A stretch of DNA of 16,974 nucleotides from assembly GCA_040752415.1 (NCBI GenBank), contig JBFMGU010000226.1:1-16974 (forward strand), written 5' to 3'. The stretch is from Myxococcota bacterium. Its GTDB lineage: Bacteria > Myxococcota > JACRCW01. Positions 1 to 7,387 of the stretch are shown here, piece after piece. Within the stretch, counting starts at the first letter, position 1, and the number at the start of each line of letters is the position of its first letter. Under the pieces are notes generated by a model that made no database searches, was not told where the DNA came from, and was given only the letters and a program-made list of their open reading frames with translations. A program made the position numbers and the translations under genes.

Positions 1-138
1 CCCGACGTCCTCATGCTGGTGGGTGGGGGCGTGATGCTGACCGCGCTGGTTGCCGCGGTGGTCTCCCTGGTGGTGGCGCGGCCGCTGGTGCTGGTGGGGG
101 CGGGATGGCTGACGCGCCGCGCGGTGCGGGAGGAGTGA
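1..138 (+). CDS. 3' end of a membrane protein, truncated by the window edge
   Basis: Frame 1 is open from base 1 to TGA at 136-138: PDVLMLVGGGVMLTALVAAVVSLVVARPLVLVGAGWLTRRAVREE*. It is hydrophobic, has GC3-rich codons and is co-directional with the next gene. Confidence 0.55.
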   Translation, partial: PDVLMLVGGGVMLTALVAAVVSLVVARPLVLVGAGWLTRRAVREE

Positions 139-183
139 CCGGAGGCGTGGGGCTGGCGTAACGGTGGTGGCGTGAGGTCGTTG

Positions 184-687
184 ATGATGCGTGTGCTCCT
201 GCTTTGCGTCGTGGCCGCGGTGGTGTCGTCATGCTCCCGGCCGGCGAAACCCACGCCCACGCCGGACATGAAGCTCCTCCTGGGGGACGAATGGTTCCGG
301 GCGCGTGCCGCCTACCTGGGCATCACCGAGGAACAAGCGCGCGCCCGCGACGCCGCCCTGCCGGAAGACGCTCCGCCCGACGGGATCTGGGACAGCCAGA
401 CCGGTCCGCAGGCCGCGTTGATCTTCGCGGCGCAGTGCGCCGGGTGTCACGGACCGGAGGGCTCCCTCGAGGGTGTTCCCGTCACCGACCCCGCGCCGCG
501 CAAGTTGGGCACCATGGGCATGCGCATGGGCTTCCTGTTCGGGCGGGACAAGATGCGCGCCGGGCTGTACCAGAAGATCTCCAACGGCGGGAAACCACCA
601 GCCAAACCCTCCCCCATGCCCAAGTTCCAGGGCGCGCTGGCGCGCGAGCAGATCTGGGCGCTGGTCCGCTACATCGAGAGCCTGTGA
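184..687 (+). CDS. Monoheme class I c-type cytochrome, predicted lipoprotein
   Basis: Signal peptide with lipobox-like VSSC, a CAGCH heme motif, and C-terminal SPMPKF...LAREQIWALVRYIESL typical of class I cytochromes (distal Met in PMP). Start is ATG 184 or 187 rather than GTG 172. Confidence 0.85.
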   Translation: MMRVLLLCVVAAVVSSCSRPAKPTPTPDMKLLLGDEWFRARAAYLGITEEQARARDAALPEDAPPDGIWDSQTGPQAALIFAAQCAGCHGPEGSLEGVPVTDPAPRKLGTMGMRMGFLFGRDKMRAGLYQKISNGGKPPAKPSPMPKFQGALAREQIWALVRYIESL

Positions 688-1508
688 TGCTGCGCCACGT
701 CTTTCTCGTCGTCACTTCCCTGGCCGTGCTGGCCGCGTGTGGCCCTTCCTCCTCGGGGGCGGATGCGGGCACGGACGTGCGGTTCATCAACGTGCGGGTG
801 GAGGAGATTGCGGCGCGGCGCGCCGTGGTCCGCTTCACCACCAGCCGGCCCACCACCTGTGAGGTGCACTTTGGCCTGACCCCCGACGCGCTCACCCGCA
901 CCGCCACCGACCCGGACATGGCGGAGGGCCGCCTGGAGACCGAGCACGAGGTGCCCCTGGAGGACCTCACGCCGGTGACCACGTTCCACTTCCGGCCCGT
1001 GGCCACCGACGGGGAAGGCAGGCAGTTCCAGGGAGACCCGGGCTCCTTCACCACGCTCGCGGAGTCCGGCACCACGGAGGTGAACGCGGCGCTGCTCTCG
1101 CGCGGGGCCAACGTGGCGGAGGTGAGCTCCAACTACGGTGGCGGCGACAACACCTCGGGCTGGGGGGCCAACAAGGCGCTGGACGGCGAGATGGCGACGG
1201 AGTGGGCCAGCAATGGGGACGGAGATGGCGCGTATCTCGTCGTCGACCTGGGCGCGGACGCGCTGGTGAGCGCGGTGGGTTTCCGCAGCCGCAAGATGGC
1301 CGACGGCACCTCCATCATCCGCAGCATCCGCGTGCGTCTCGACGACAGCGCGCCGCTGGGCCCCTTTGACACGCCGGACCCGGACACCACCTACCGCTTC
1401 CCGCTGGACAGCCCCACCACCGCGCGACGCGTCCGCTTTGAAGCGGTGACCACCAGCGGCGGCAACACCGGCGCCAAGGAAGTCCAGGTCTTCACGCCGG
1501 GGCCGTGA
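687..1508 (+). CDS. Lipoprotein with FN3/purple-acid-phosphatase-N-terminal-like domain and F5/8 type C (discoidin) domain
   Basis: ATG 687 overlaps the upstream TGA (TGATG coupling) and there is a lipobox LAAC. AVVRFTT...EVHFG...HEVPLEDLTPVTTFHFRPVATD is FN3-like. NAALLSRGA..VSS...KALDG....EWAS...YLVVDLG...ARRVRF...EVQVF is discoidin-like. The track's 204 start is a spurious extension. Confidence 0.8.
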   Translation: MLRHVFLVVTSLAVLAACGPSSSGADAGTDVRFINVRVEEIAARRAVVRFTTSRPTTCEVHFGLTPDALTRTATDPDMAEGRLETEHEVPLEDLTPVTTFHFRPVATDGEGRQFQGDPGSFTTLAESGTTEVNAALLSRGANVAEVSSNYGGGDNTSGWGANKALDGEMATEWASNGDGDGAYLVVDLGADALVSAVGFRSRKMADGTSIIRSIRVRLDDSAPLGPFDTPDPDTTYRFPLDSPTTARRVRFEAVTTSGGNTGAKEVQVFTPGP

Positions 1509-1511
1509 CCT

Positions 1512-2015
1512 TCACGGACGCTTCGCCACCAGCTGCGTGGTGAAGACGCCCTCGTGCTCGCCCTCATCCACGGACAGCACCGAAAAGCCCGCGTGGCGCG
1601 CCAGCCTCTCCGCCTCCCCGGGCTCCAGGCAGAACGCGCGTCGACGCGGATGCCCGCGCCGCAGGTGGTTCTCGACGTGGAAGGTCTCCAACAGCCACAC
1701 GCCTCCGGGCGCGAGCACGCGGAACAGCTCCGGGATGAGCGGCCGGTAGAGGAAGTACGTGGTGAGGACCAGGTTGAACCGGGCGGTCATCTCGTCGGGA
1801 AGGCCGTCCCGTTCCACGTCGCGCGACACCAGGATGGCCTGCGGCGCAACGCGGGCCGCCGTGGCAAGCGCCTGGGCATCGTGGTCCACTCCCACCGTCT
1901 CCCAGCCTGCCGCCACCAGCACCTCGAGGTGACGCCCGGCGCCGCACGCCACGTCGAGCGCGCGTCCCGGCGGAAGCGTCCGGATCCGCGTGGTGATGAA
2001 GGGGAGGGGAGCCAT
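1512..2015 (-). CDS. Class I SAM-dependent methyltransferase (TehB-like)
   Basis: Motif I ALDVACGAGRH, then GVD, FNLVLTTYFLYR and LAPGGVWLLETF. ATG at 2015 gives 167 aa. The track's extension to 2693 runs through a promoter region and another gene. Confidence 0.8.
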   Translation of the reverse strand: MAPLPFITTRIRTLPPGRALDVACGAGRHLEVLVAAGWETVGVDHDAQALATAARVAPQAILVSRDVERDGLPDEMTARFNLVLTTYFLYRPLIPELFRVLAPGGVWLLETFHVENHLRRGHPRRRAFCLEPGEAERLARHAGFSVLSVDEGEHEGVFTTQLVAKRP

Positions 2016-2067
2016 GGGGGCACTCGAACGCGGAAGCCGCCAACGCGCAAGCGCTGCGTGGCCCGTG

Positions 2068-2100
2068 GGTTCATCCTGAAATCCATTTTCAAGATGGACC
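2068..2100. promoter_or_regulatory. Imperfect 14-5-14 inverted repeat, candidate second operator
   Basis: GGTTCATCCTGAAA-TCCAT-TTTCAAGATGGACC has 2 mismatches between arms. It shares CATTTTCAAGATGG (2084-2097) exactly with 2159-2172. Confidence 0.45.
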
Positions 2101-2144
2101 CCCTGATCAGCAATTTCCGACGGGATGTCTTCGAGATGGTCATT

Positions 2145-2167
2145 TTGAAATTGACTTTCATTTTCAA
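2145..2167. promoter_or_regulatory. Fur-box-like operator
   Basis: TTGAAATTGA-CTT-TCATTTTCAA is a 10-3-10 palindrome with one mismatch. Its core GAAATTGACTTTCATTTTC matches 13/19 of GATAATGATAATCATTATC. It is AT-rich in a GC-rich background, lies in a divergent intergenic region and overlaps a TTGACT -35-like hexamer (2151-2156). Confidence 0.7.
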
Positions 2168-2186
2168 GATGGCTAATCCTGGGGCC

Positions 2187-2447
2187 ATGGACAACACCGC
2201 GCAGTGTCGGAGGACCTCGTTGGCGCAGAGCCCCCTGTGTCGGATTGAGGTCTGTGGTTGTGGGCATCTTCACCTGACCGTGCAGGCCGTGACGCTGCGG
2301 CTGGACGCGGGAGCGTTTGAGCACCTGACCGCCCAGATGGGGGAGGCGCTCTACCAGCTCGTCGAGCTGCAGCGACGTGGCGAGGTCACGGACCTGGAGC
2401 ACGCCGTGCATCCGCCGTGGGGCGCGCCGCCGGATGGAAGGATGTGA
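2187..2447 (+). CDS. Small hypothetical Cys/His protein (86 aa)
   Basis: MDNTAQCRRTSLAQSPLCRIEVCGCGHLHLTVQAVTLRLDAGAFEHL...; ATG lies 20 nt after the Fur-like box, codons are GC3-rich, and the stop is 3 nt before the next ATG. Confidence 0.7.
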   Translation: MDNTAQCRRTSLAQSPLCRIEVCGCGHLHLTVQAVTLRLDAGAFEHLTAQMGEALYQLVELQRRGEVTDLEHAVHPPWGAPPDGRM

Positions 2448-2450
2448 GCC

Positions 2451-3185
2451 ATGCGGCGCTGGGCCTTGGTCACCGACGGGACGGGAAGCCTGGGGCACAC
2501 CTACGCGCGCCTCCTGGCGCGGTGCGGGTACAACCTGCTCCTGGTTTCCGACGAGCCCGCCCGCCTCACCGTGGTGGCCACCGAGATTCGTCACCGCCAG
2601 GGCGTGGAGGTGCGCGAGCTCCCGGTGGGACAGGGCTGGTGGACGGGCATGGGCACGCTGCTGGACGCGGTACGTGAGGAGCGCAACCTCCACGTGGCGT
2701 TCCTGGGCAAGGACACCTTCGCGCTGCCGCGTTGCCTCTCCGGGGGCGGGCCCATCCTGCTTACCGCGTCGTCACGTCGACGGTTGATCCGCGCTGCCCT
2801 GCCCAACCTGGTCATGAACCGCGGCGCGCTCGTCCAGACGCTGGAGCTCCCCGCCTTGTGGACCGCGTCAGGCAGGAGATTGGGACGGCTGGGCGCAGCA
2901 TTGTTGGAATGCACCACGCGCTTTGATGACGCTGCCGCGGTGCGCACGCAGTGGCTGTGCGTGGGGCGGGATGGTGCGGGGGCACGTCATCCCGGGTTCC
3001 TCCCGTCGTCGGAGGCGGCGGCCGCCCGGTCCTGGGAGCAGGTGCAGTCACACGGCGGGACCTGCTTCGCCTCCATGTGGCACGCGCCCTGGTTCGCGGC
3101 GGCGGTGCTGCTCAGCGGAAAGGAGGATGCCGCCGCCACACGCGCGGGCAGCTCAGGTCAGCCGGGAATGGGTTCCCTGGTGTGA
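2451..3185 (+). CDS. Degenerate short-chain dehydrogenase/reductase (SDR)-fold protein
   Basis: The N-terminus WALVTDGTGSLGHTYARLLARCGYNLLLVS...GVEVR is SDR Rossmann-like, and LIRAALPNLVMNRGALV resembles SDR helix 4/strand 5. There is no NAG or YxxxK motif. Confidence 0.65.
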   Translation: MRRWALVTDGTGSLGHTYARLLARCGYNLLLVSDEPARLTVVATEIRHRQGVEVRELPVGQGWWTGMGTLLDAVREERNLHVAFLGKDTFALPRCLSGGGPILLTASSRRRLIRAALPNLVMNRGALVQTLELPALWTASGRRLGRLGAALLECTTRFDDAAAVRTQWLCVGRDGAGARHPGFLPSSEAAAARSWEQVQSHGGTCFASMWHAPWFAAAVLLSGKEDAAATRAGSSGQPGMGSLV

Positions 3186-3195
3186 TGCGCGCGGA

Positions 3196-5373
3196 TCACT
3201 GCACCGCAACGTGACACGTTCCGCACTGGTTGGTGTACCCGGTAGGCAAGTTCGTACCCGAGGTCACCGACAGGGACTCGCTGGGCATGTCGAACAGGTG
3301 CGAGCTGATGTCGTTCTCCCAGTACTGCGTGGTGTCCACCAGGATGCCCTTGCGACCGGCGCCGGTCTTGGCGGTCTTGGGCATGTGGCACTCGGTGCAC
3401 AAAGCGTTGTTCATCAGCGTGCCCATGCCGGTGCCCAGTTTGTCGTCGATGTGGGCGACCAATCCGGTGGGCGAGGTGTCCGGGGCCGTCAAGTTGGCGT
3501 GACAGGAGCCGCAGCTGCTGGCGTTGTCCAACGGGTCGCCGCGCAACTGCCGTGGGTTGGTGGTCTTGTGCGGATCATGACAGCTGGAGCAGGTCACCAG
3601 CTGGCTCGCATTCTTGTACTTCCCGCTGCGGATGAAGTCCGTGTACTGCTGGTGATGTGACTTGGAGTGCTTCGCCTCGTCGACGTAGAAGTCCGCCTCC
3701 TCACCGTCCAGCTGCGTGACCGCATGGTTCTTGAGGAAATCATTGCGTGAGGTGCCCGCCACCATCATCTTGCCCGCGGCGTTGACCGGGCTGTCCGTGG
3801 CAAAGGCCCCCTTGGGCCGGCTATGGCACTGCCCGCAGATCAGGGACTCACGCTCCGGCGTCAGCAGCGAGGGCGAGACGATGTATTTGCCCTGGCCCGC
3901 GGCATCCCAGTGCGCGGAGCCCGGACCGTGGCAGCTCTCACAGCCCAGGTTCATCTCGTCCTTGATGCCATCGCCGTTGTAGTCCCAGTCCCCCCACAGC
4001 GGGTCGCTCACCACGGACGCATTCCAGTTGGTGGCATCCGACCCGGTGACCGTGGCCCCGTTGGCGTGACAAGACAGGCAGTTCTTCTCGAATGACTTGG
4101 ACGCGGCGGGATTCTTGAAGACCTGGTTCGTCTCGTCGTACCAGTTGCCGGCGTTGTAGTCGCGCCAGACCTTGCGCGTGCGGTCGGAGTAGGTGTCGTC
4201 GCCCTCATGTTGGTACTGCACCGGAAGCATGGCGTGGAAGAAGCCATTGGGACCGGACACCCGCGTCATGTAGCGCTGCTTCAGCACACCTCCGCCGTAC
4301 ACCGCGTCCACGCGGTAGAATCGGTCCGGGTCCGCCGGATTCCTCACGTTGTGCAGTTGCATGGAATAGCTATCCGCCTGGTAGCTCAGCGTCAGGGTGA
4401 ACGAGACGTCGCCGGTGCCGGGGTCCGACTCCAGGGTCTTGTACTTGTCCATCTTGCGCGTGCCGTCATAGGCGTAGAACCAGATGGTGACGGCGCCGGT
4501 GAACTTCTGGGTTAGTGGCCCATAGACTTCATCATAACGCCCGGAGAAATCCTGCAGCATGCCATGCTCATACGGTGACCAGATGCCCAGACGATGCATG
4601 GTCCGGGAGATGGACACGTGGCCGTGACAGGTCACGCACCGGCCGCTGCCGATGTACTCCGCATCCACCGGTGTTGCCGATGACACCTGGATGTCCAGCC
4701 GCTTGCCCGTCAATGCGTCGGCGGTCTGGGCCGTGCGGCAGGAGCTTCCGCCAGGCAGGTGCTCCACGTCGGTGACGTCGGGGACAAAGGTCACGAAGTA
4801 GGAGCCGGCGGTCAGGGAGGTGAGCCGGTACACGCCCGTGTCATCCAGCACGGCCTGCTGGTAGGTGCTCCCGTTGGCCGCAATGACGTCCTCCAACGGC
4901 TCATCGTCCGGGGAGTCCACGGCCACGGTGGTCCTGGGCAGTGCGGCCACATCCGCGGCGGGAACAAAGTACACGATGCCGCCCTTGACCGTCTGACCCG
5001 CGCGATCGACCACACGCCCGACCACGCCGCCAGCCTCGGTGGCCAGGTAGCCCTCTCCGGCGGGACCCGCGGGACCAGGTTCACCAGCGGCACCGGGCTC
5101 ACCCGGAGCACCGGGCTCTCCGGGCTCTCCGGGCTCACCGGGCTCACCGGGCTCTCCAGCTTCACCCGGCTCTCCCTGCTCTCCCGGAGAACCTTGCGGG
5201 CCCACGGGGCCTACCGGGCCAGTGGGGCCCTGCGGACCCGTTGGCCCCTCGGGTCCCTGTGGGCCCTGGGGACCCGCCGGACCGGTTGCACCGTTTTCCC
5301 CGGCACACGCGGACATGCCGAGGACAGCGGGAAGAAGAACGGCGAAGGAGTGCTTACGAAGACTGCGTAACAT
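3196..5373 (-). CDS. Octaheme c-type cytochrome lipoprotein with N-terminal collagen-like repeat
   Basis: Lipobox MSAC (Cys23), 28 Gly-X-Y triplets and a carboxypeptidase-regulatory-like beta-sandwich segment. Eight CxxCH motifs: CVTCH, CLSCH, CESCH(GPGS), CGQCH, CSSCH, CGSCH, CTECH, CGTCH. Confidence 0.9.
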   Translation of the reverse strand: MLRSLRKHSFAVLLPAVLGMSACAGENGATGPAGPQGPQGPEGPTGPQGPTGPVGPVGPQGSPGEQGEPGEAGEPGEPGEPGEPGEPGAPGEPGAAGEPGPAGPAGEGYLATEAGGVVGRVVDRAGQTVKGGIVYFVPAADVAALPRTTVAVDSPDDEPLEDVIAANGSTYQQAVLDDTGVYRLTSLTAGSYFVTFVPDVTDVEHLPGGSSCRTAQTADALTGKRLDIQVSSATPVDAEYIGSGRCVTCHGHVSISRTMHRLGIWSPYEHGMLQDFSGRYDEVYGPLTQKFTGAVTIWFYAYDGTRKMDKYKTLESDPGTGDVSFTLTLSYQADSYSMQLHNVRNPADPDRFYRVDAVYGGGVLKQRYMTRVSGPNGFFHAMLPVQYQHEGDDTYSDRTRKVWRDYNAGNWYDETNQVFKNPAASKSFEKNCLSCHANGATVTGSDATNWNASVVSDPLWGDWDYNGDGIKDEMNLGCESCHGPGSAHWDAAGQGKYIVSPSLLTPERESLICGQCHSRPKGAFATDSPVNAAGKMMVAGTSRNDFLKNHAVTQLDGEEADFYVDEAKHSKSHHQQYTDFIRSGKYKNASQLVTCSSCHDPHKTTNPRQLRGDPLDNASSCGSCHANLTAPDTSPTGLVAHIDDKLGTGMGTLMNNALCTECHMPKTAKTGAGRKGILVDTTQYWENDISSHLFDMPSESLSVTSGTNLPTGYTNQCGTCHVAVQ
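5050..5301 (-). repeat. Collagen-like (Gly-X-Y)28 coding repeat
   Basis: Uninterrupted [12 protein letters not shown]...GEP x5...GPA GEG. The 9-bp units CCGGGCTC(A/T) are visible at about 5090-5155. Confidence 0.9.
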
Positions 5374-5700
5374 TGCTAGCCACCCTTTCCGGACGTCGGT
5401 GGCGCGGGGAGGAACGTTCGCGGAATCAGGCGCGCCAACCCGGACGTCTCATTCATGAAGTCGTCTCAAACACGTTCCAACCTGAGTCTTCTGGCCCGTC
5501 ACGCGTGTGCCCTTCCTGCGGTCCTGCTTTCCTTGCGCCTGCAACGAAATGAATGCCGGCCCCTGCGACGACGAGCGCCCTTCGCCGCGCGTGATACGCA
5601 TACGCCGCGCCATGGCTCCGCCCTCACAGCGCACACCCAGGACGACCGGGAAGGAGCGCAAATGTTCACGTCCGTTGCGCGCGTGTCGGAGGGTGGCCGC

Positions 5701-5716
5701 TGGCCTCTTCATTGCA
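5701..5716 (+). promoter_or_regulatory. Candidate sigma-54 -24/-12 promoter
   Basis: TGGCCT-CTTCA-TTGCA has exact GG-N10-GC spacing and ends 13 nt upstream of ATG 5729. Confidence 0.45.
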
Positions 5717-5728
5717 CCCGTCGACGGC

Positions 5729-6166
5729 ATGAACCGGATCGTCGTCGCGTGTGTCTTTGGCGCGGTGCTTGGCGTGGCGTGCAACAGCGACTCCGCCGCG
5801 ACCGTCCGCCAGTACACCTACAGCAAGGACTTCCACTACTACGACGAGAAGCAGGTCAACTCGTCCATGCACCGCATCTCCAAGGCGGCACGTGAGCTCA
5901 ACGCCCTGCTCAAGCAGCAAGAGCTGACGCCGGAACAGCAGGCGGAGGTGGTGCGGTTGCTGGGGGAAATGGAGCGGGGCGCGCGGGAGCTGAAGTCGGC
6001 GGACCCGGCGTCCAACCACCCGCGCATCACCGACAACGTGGACCAGTTCATCCGGGACATCGAGACGGCGCGCGCGTCCGCGCAGAGGACGCCGCCGAAC
6101 TACTACCTGGCCGGGAGCATCACCGGGTCGTGTTTCTATTGTCATTCCCCCACGGGAATCCCGTAA
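5729..6166 (+). CDS. Cytochrome c'-like (class II, helical bundle) monoheme lipoprotein
   Basis: Signal peptide with lipobox-like GVAC, amphipathic helices, and a single CFYCH near the C-terminus, as in class II cytochromes. ATG 5729 gives 145 aa. Confidence 0.75.
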   Translation: MNRIVVACVFGAVLGVACNSDSAATVRQYTYSKDFHYYDEKQVNSSMHRISKAARELNALLKQQELTPEQQAEVVRLLGEMERGARELKSADPASNHPRITDNVDQFIRDIETARASAQRTPPNYYLAGSITGSCFYCHSPTGIP

Positions 6167-6203
6167 CTCCCACGTGATGGCGGCCGGTCCTGTCGCGTCG
6201 TCG

Positions 6204-7346
6204 TCAGATGTCGTCGATGCCCGCGCCGCGCTGCTGAAGCGTGTTGGTCCAGGTGCTGATGATGGTGCGTGCCGCGTAACCCGCGGCCAGGGTGAACACC
6301 ACCGCGCCGACGAGAGCGATGGCCCGCTGCGCCGCGCGCTGCGCCAGGTCTTCCTGTTCCACGGCGCAGCCCCGCAGCACCTCCGGGAGACGACCACTCT
6401 GCTCTCCCACCGCCACCCGCGCCACGACGTCACCGGGAAAGACAGCCCGTATGCCCAGCACCTCCGCCAGCGTGGCGCCACGATCCAGCGTCGCGACCCA
6501 GGTGGCCTGCGCGTCGAGGAGTCGTGCGTCGTGGGTGGCGTCCGCGGCGAGCACCAGGGCTTCACGCGCGGGCAGCCCCGCGGCCAGACAGGTGGAGAGC
6601 ACGTCAGTGAAGGTGGCGTTGGATTGGTGCAGCACCACGCCACGCGCCAGGGGCAGGTACAGCGCCAGGCGACTGAGCACGGACCGCAACGTCGAGCCCG
6701 GCGGCAGCGAGGGCAGGCGCGCCACCAGGAATCCCAGCACGACCACCACCCCCACGACGGGCGCGGCCGTGCGCAGGTACGCCGCCGGACCGGACGTCAC
6801 CCAGCTTGGCAGCGGGAGCACCAGGCCCGCCACGGTGAGCAGGAGCAGGGGCTGCAGGAGTCGCGCTTGCAGGGCGCGCATGGCCTTCCGCCGTTCCCGC
6901 ATCCGCGCCACGACGTGACGGAGCGCCTCCGGCAGCCGCCCGGTCCTCTCCCCGACGACAACGAGCGCCTTCCCCGCGTGATCCAGCACGCCCAGGCGGA
7001 ACAGCGCCTCCGACGGCACCAGGTCGGTGCGTTGCAGCAACTCCCGCGCGCTCGCGGGAAGGTCACTGGCGCCCGCGCCCTGGGCGAATGCCGGCACGGT
7101 CAGTCCCGCGTCGAGCACCTGCGCGCAGTTGGACAGGAGGGTTTCCACCTGTTGCGCGTCCAGGGACACCCGCGCGGTCCCAGCGACAGGAGCGCGCACC
7201 GCCGGGACGGGGGCGGGTGACGTCGTGGCTGGTGGTCGATAGCGCGCGTAGATGACACCGCACGCGGGACACTCCATGGCGCCGGGAGGACGGGGTCGGC
7301 CGCACCGGGGACAGCCCGACGACGATGATGGCGGCGAAGTGCTCAC
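6204..7346 (-). CDS. Type II secretion F / PilC-family inner-membrane protein with N-terminal zinc ribbon
   Basis: Two T2SSF-like repeats (LDAGLTV...VVGERTGRLPEAL; LAAGLP..EAL...RGATLAEVL...VAVGEQSGRLPEVL) followed by hydrophobic segments. N-terminal CPRC-x10-CPAC. Confidence 0.8.
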   Translation of the reverse strand: MSTSPPSSSSGCPRCGRPRPPGAMECPACGVIYARYRPPATTSPAPVPAVRAPVAGTARVSLDAQQVETLLSNCAQVLDAGLTVPAFAQGAGASDLPASARELLQRTDLVPSEALFRLGVLDHAGKALVVVGERTGRLPEALRHVVARMRERRKAMRALQARLLQPLLLLTVAGLVLPLPSWVTSGPAAYLRTAAPVVGVVVVLGFLVARLPSLPPGSTLRSVLSRLALYLPLARGVVLHQSNATFTDVLSTCLAAGLPAREALVLAADATHDARLLDAQATWVATLDRGATLAEVLGIRAVFPGDVVARVAVGEQSGRLPEVLRGCAVEQEDLAQRAAQRAIALVGAVVFTLAAGYAARTIISTWTNTLQQRGAGIDDI

Positions 7347-7387
7347 GCTGGGCCGGGACGGTAGCCGTCGCAGCCCGGTTCGTCAGC

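Noticed and set aside
204..686. N-terminal extension of the 434-aa ORF
   Set aside because: Off-frame overlap of the cytochrome c gene with Arg/Gly-rich shadow composition. The real start is ATG 687, followed by a signal peptide.
2016..2693. Long N-terminal extension of the methyltransferase ORF (393 aa), and the 1554 start of the + strand ORF
   Set aside because: Both run through the AT-rich operator region and antisense to better-supported genes. Stop-poor GC-rich DNA explains them.
5090..5160. Tandem 9-bp repeats as a CRISPR array or non-coding VNTR
   Set aside because: There are no spacers, and the units encode Gly-Glu-Pro collagen triplets in frame.
3196..5373. Assignment as nrfA, hao or mtrC/omcA
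   Set aside because: No CxxCK, and eight rather than five or ten hemes. The motif spacing does not let me name a specific gene without a search.
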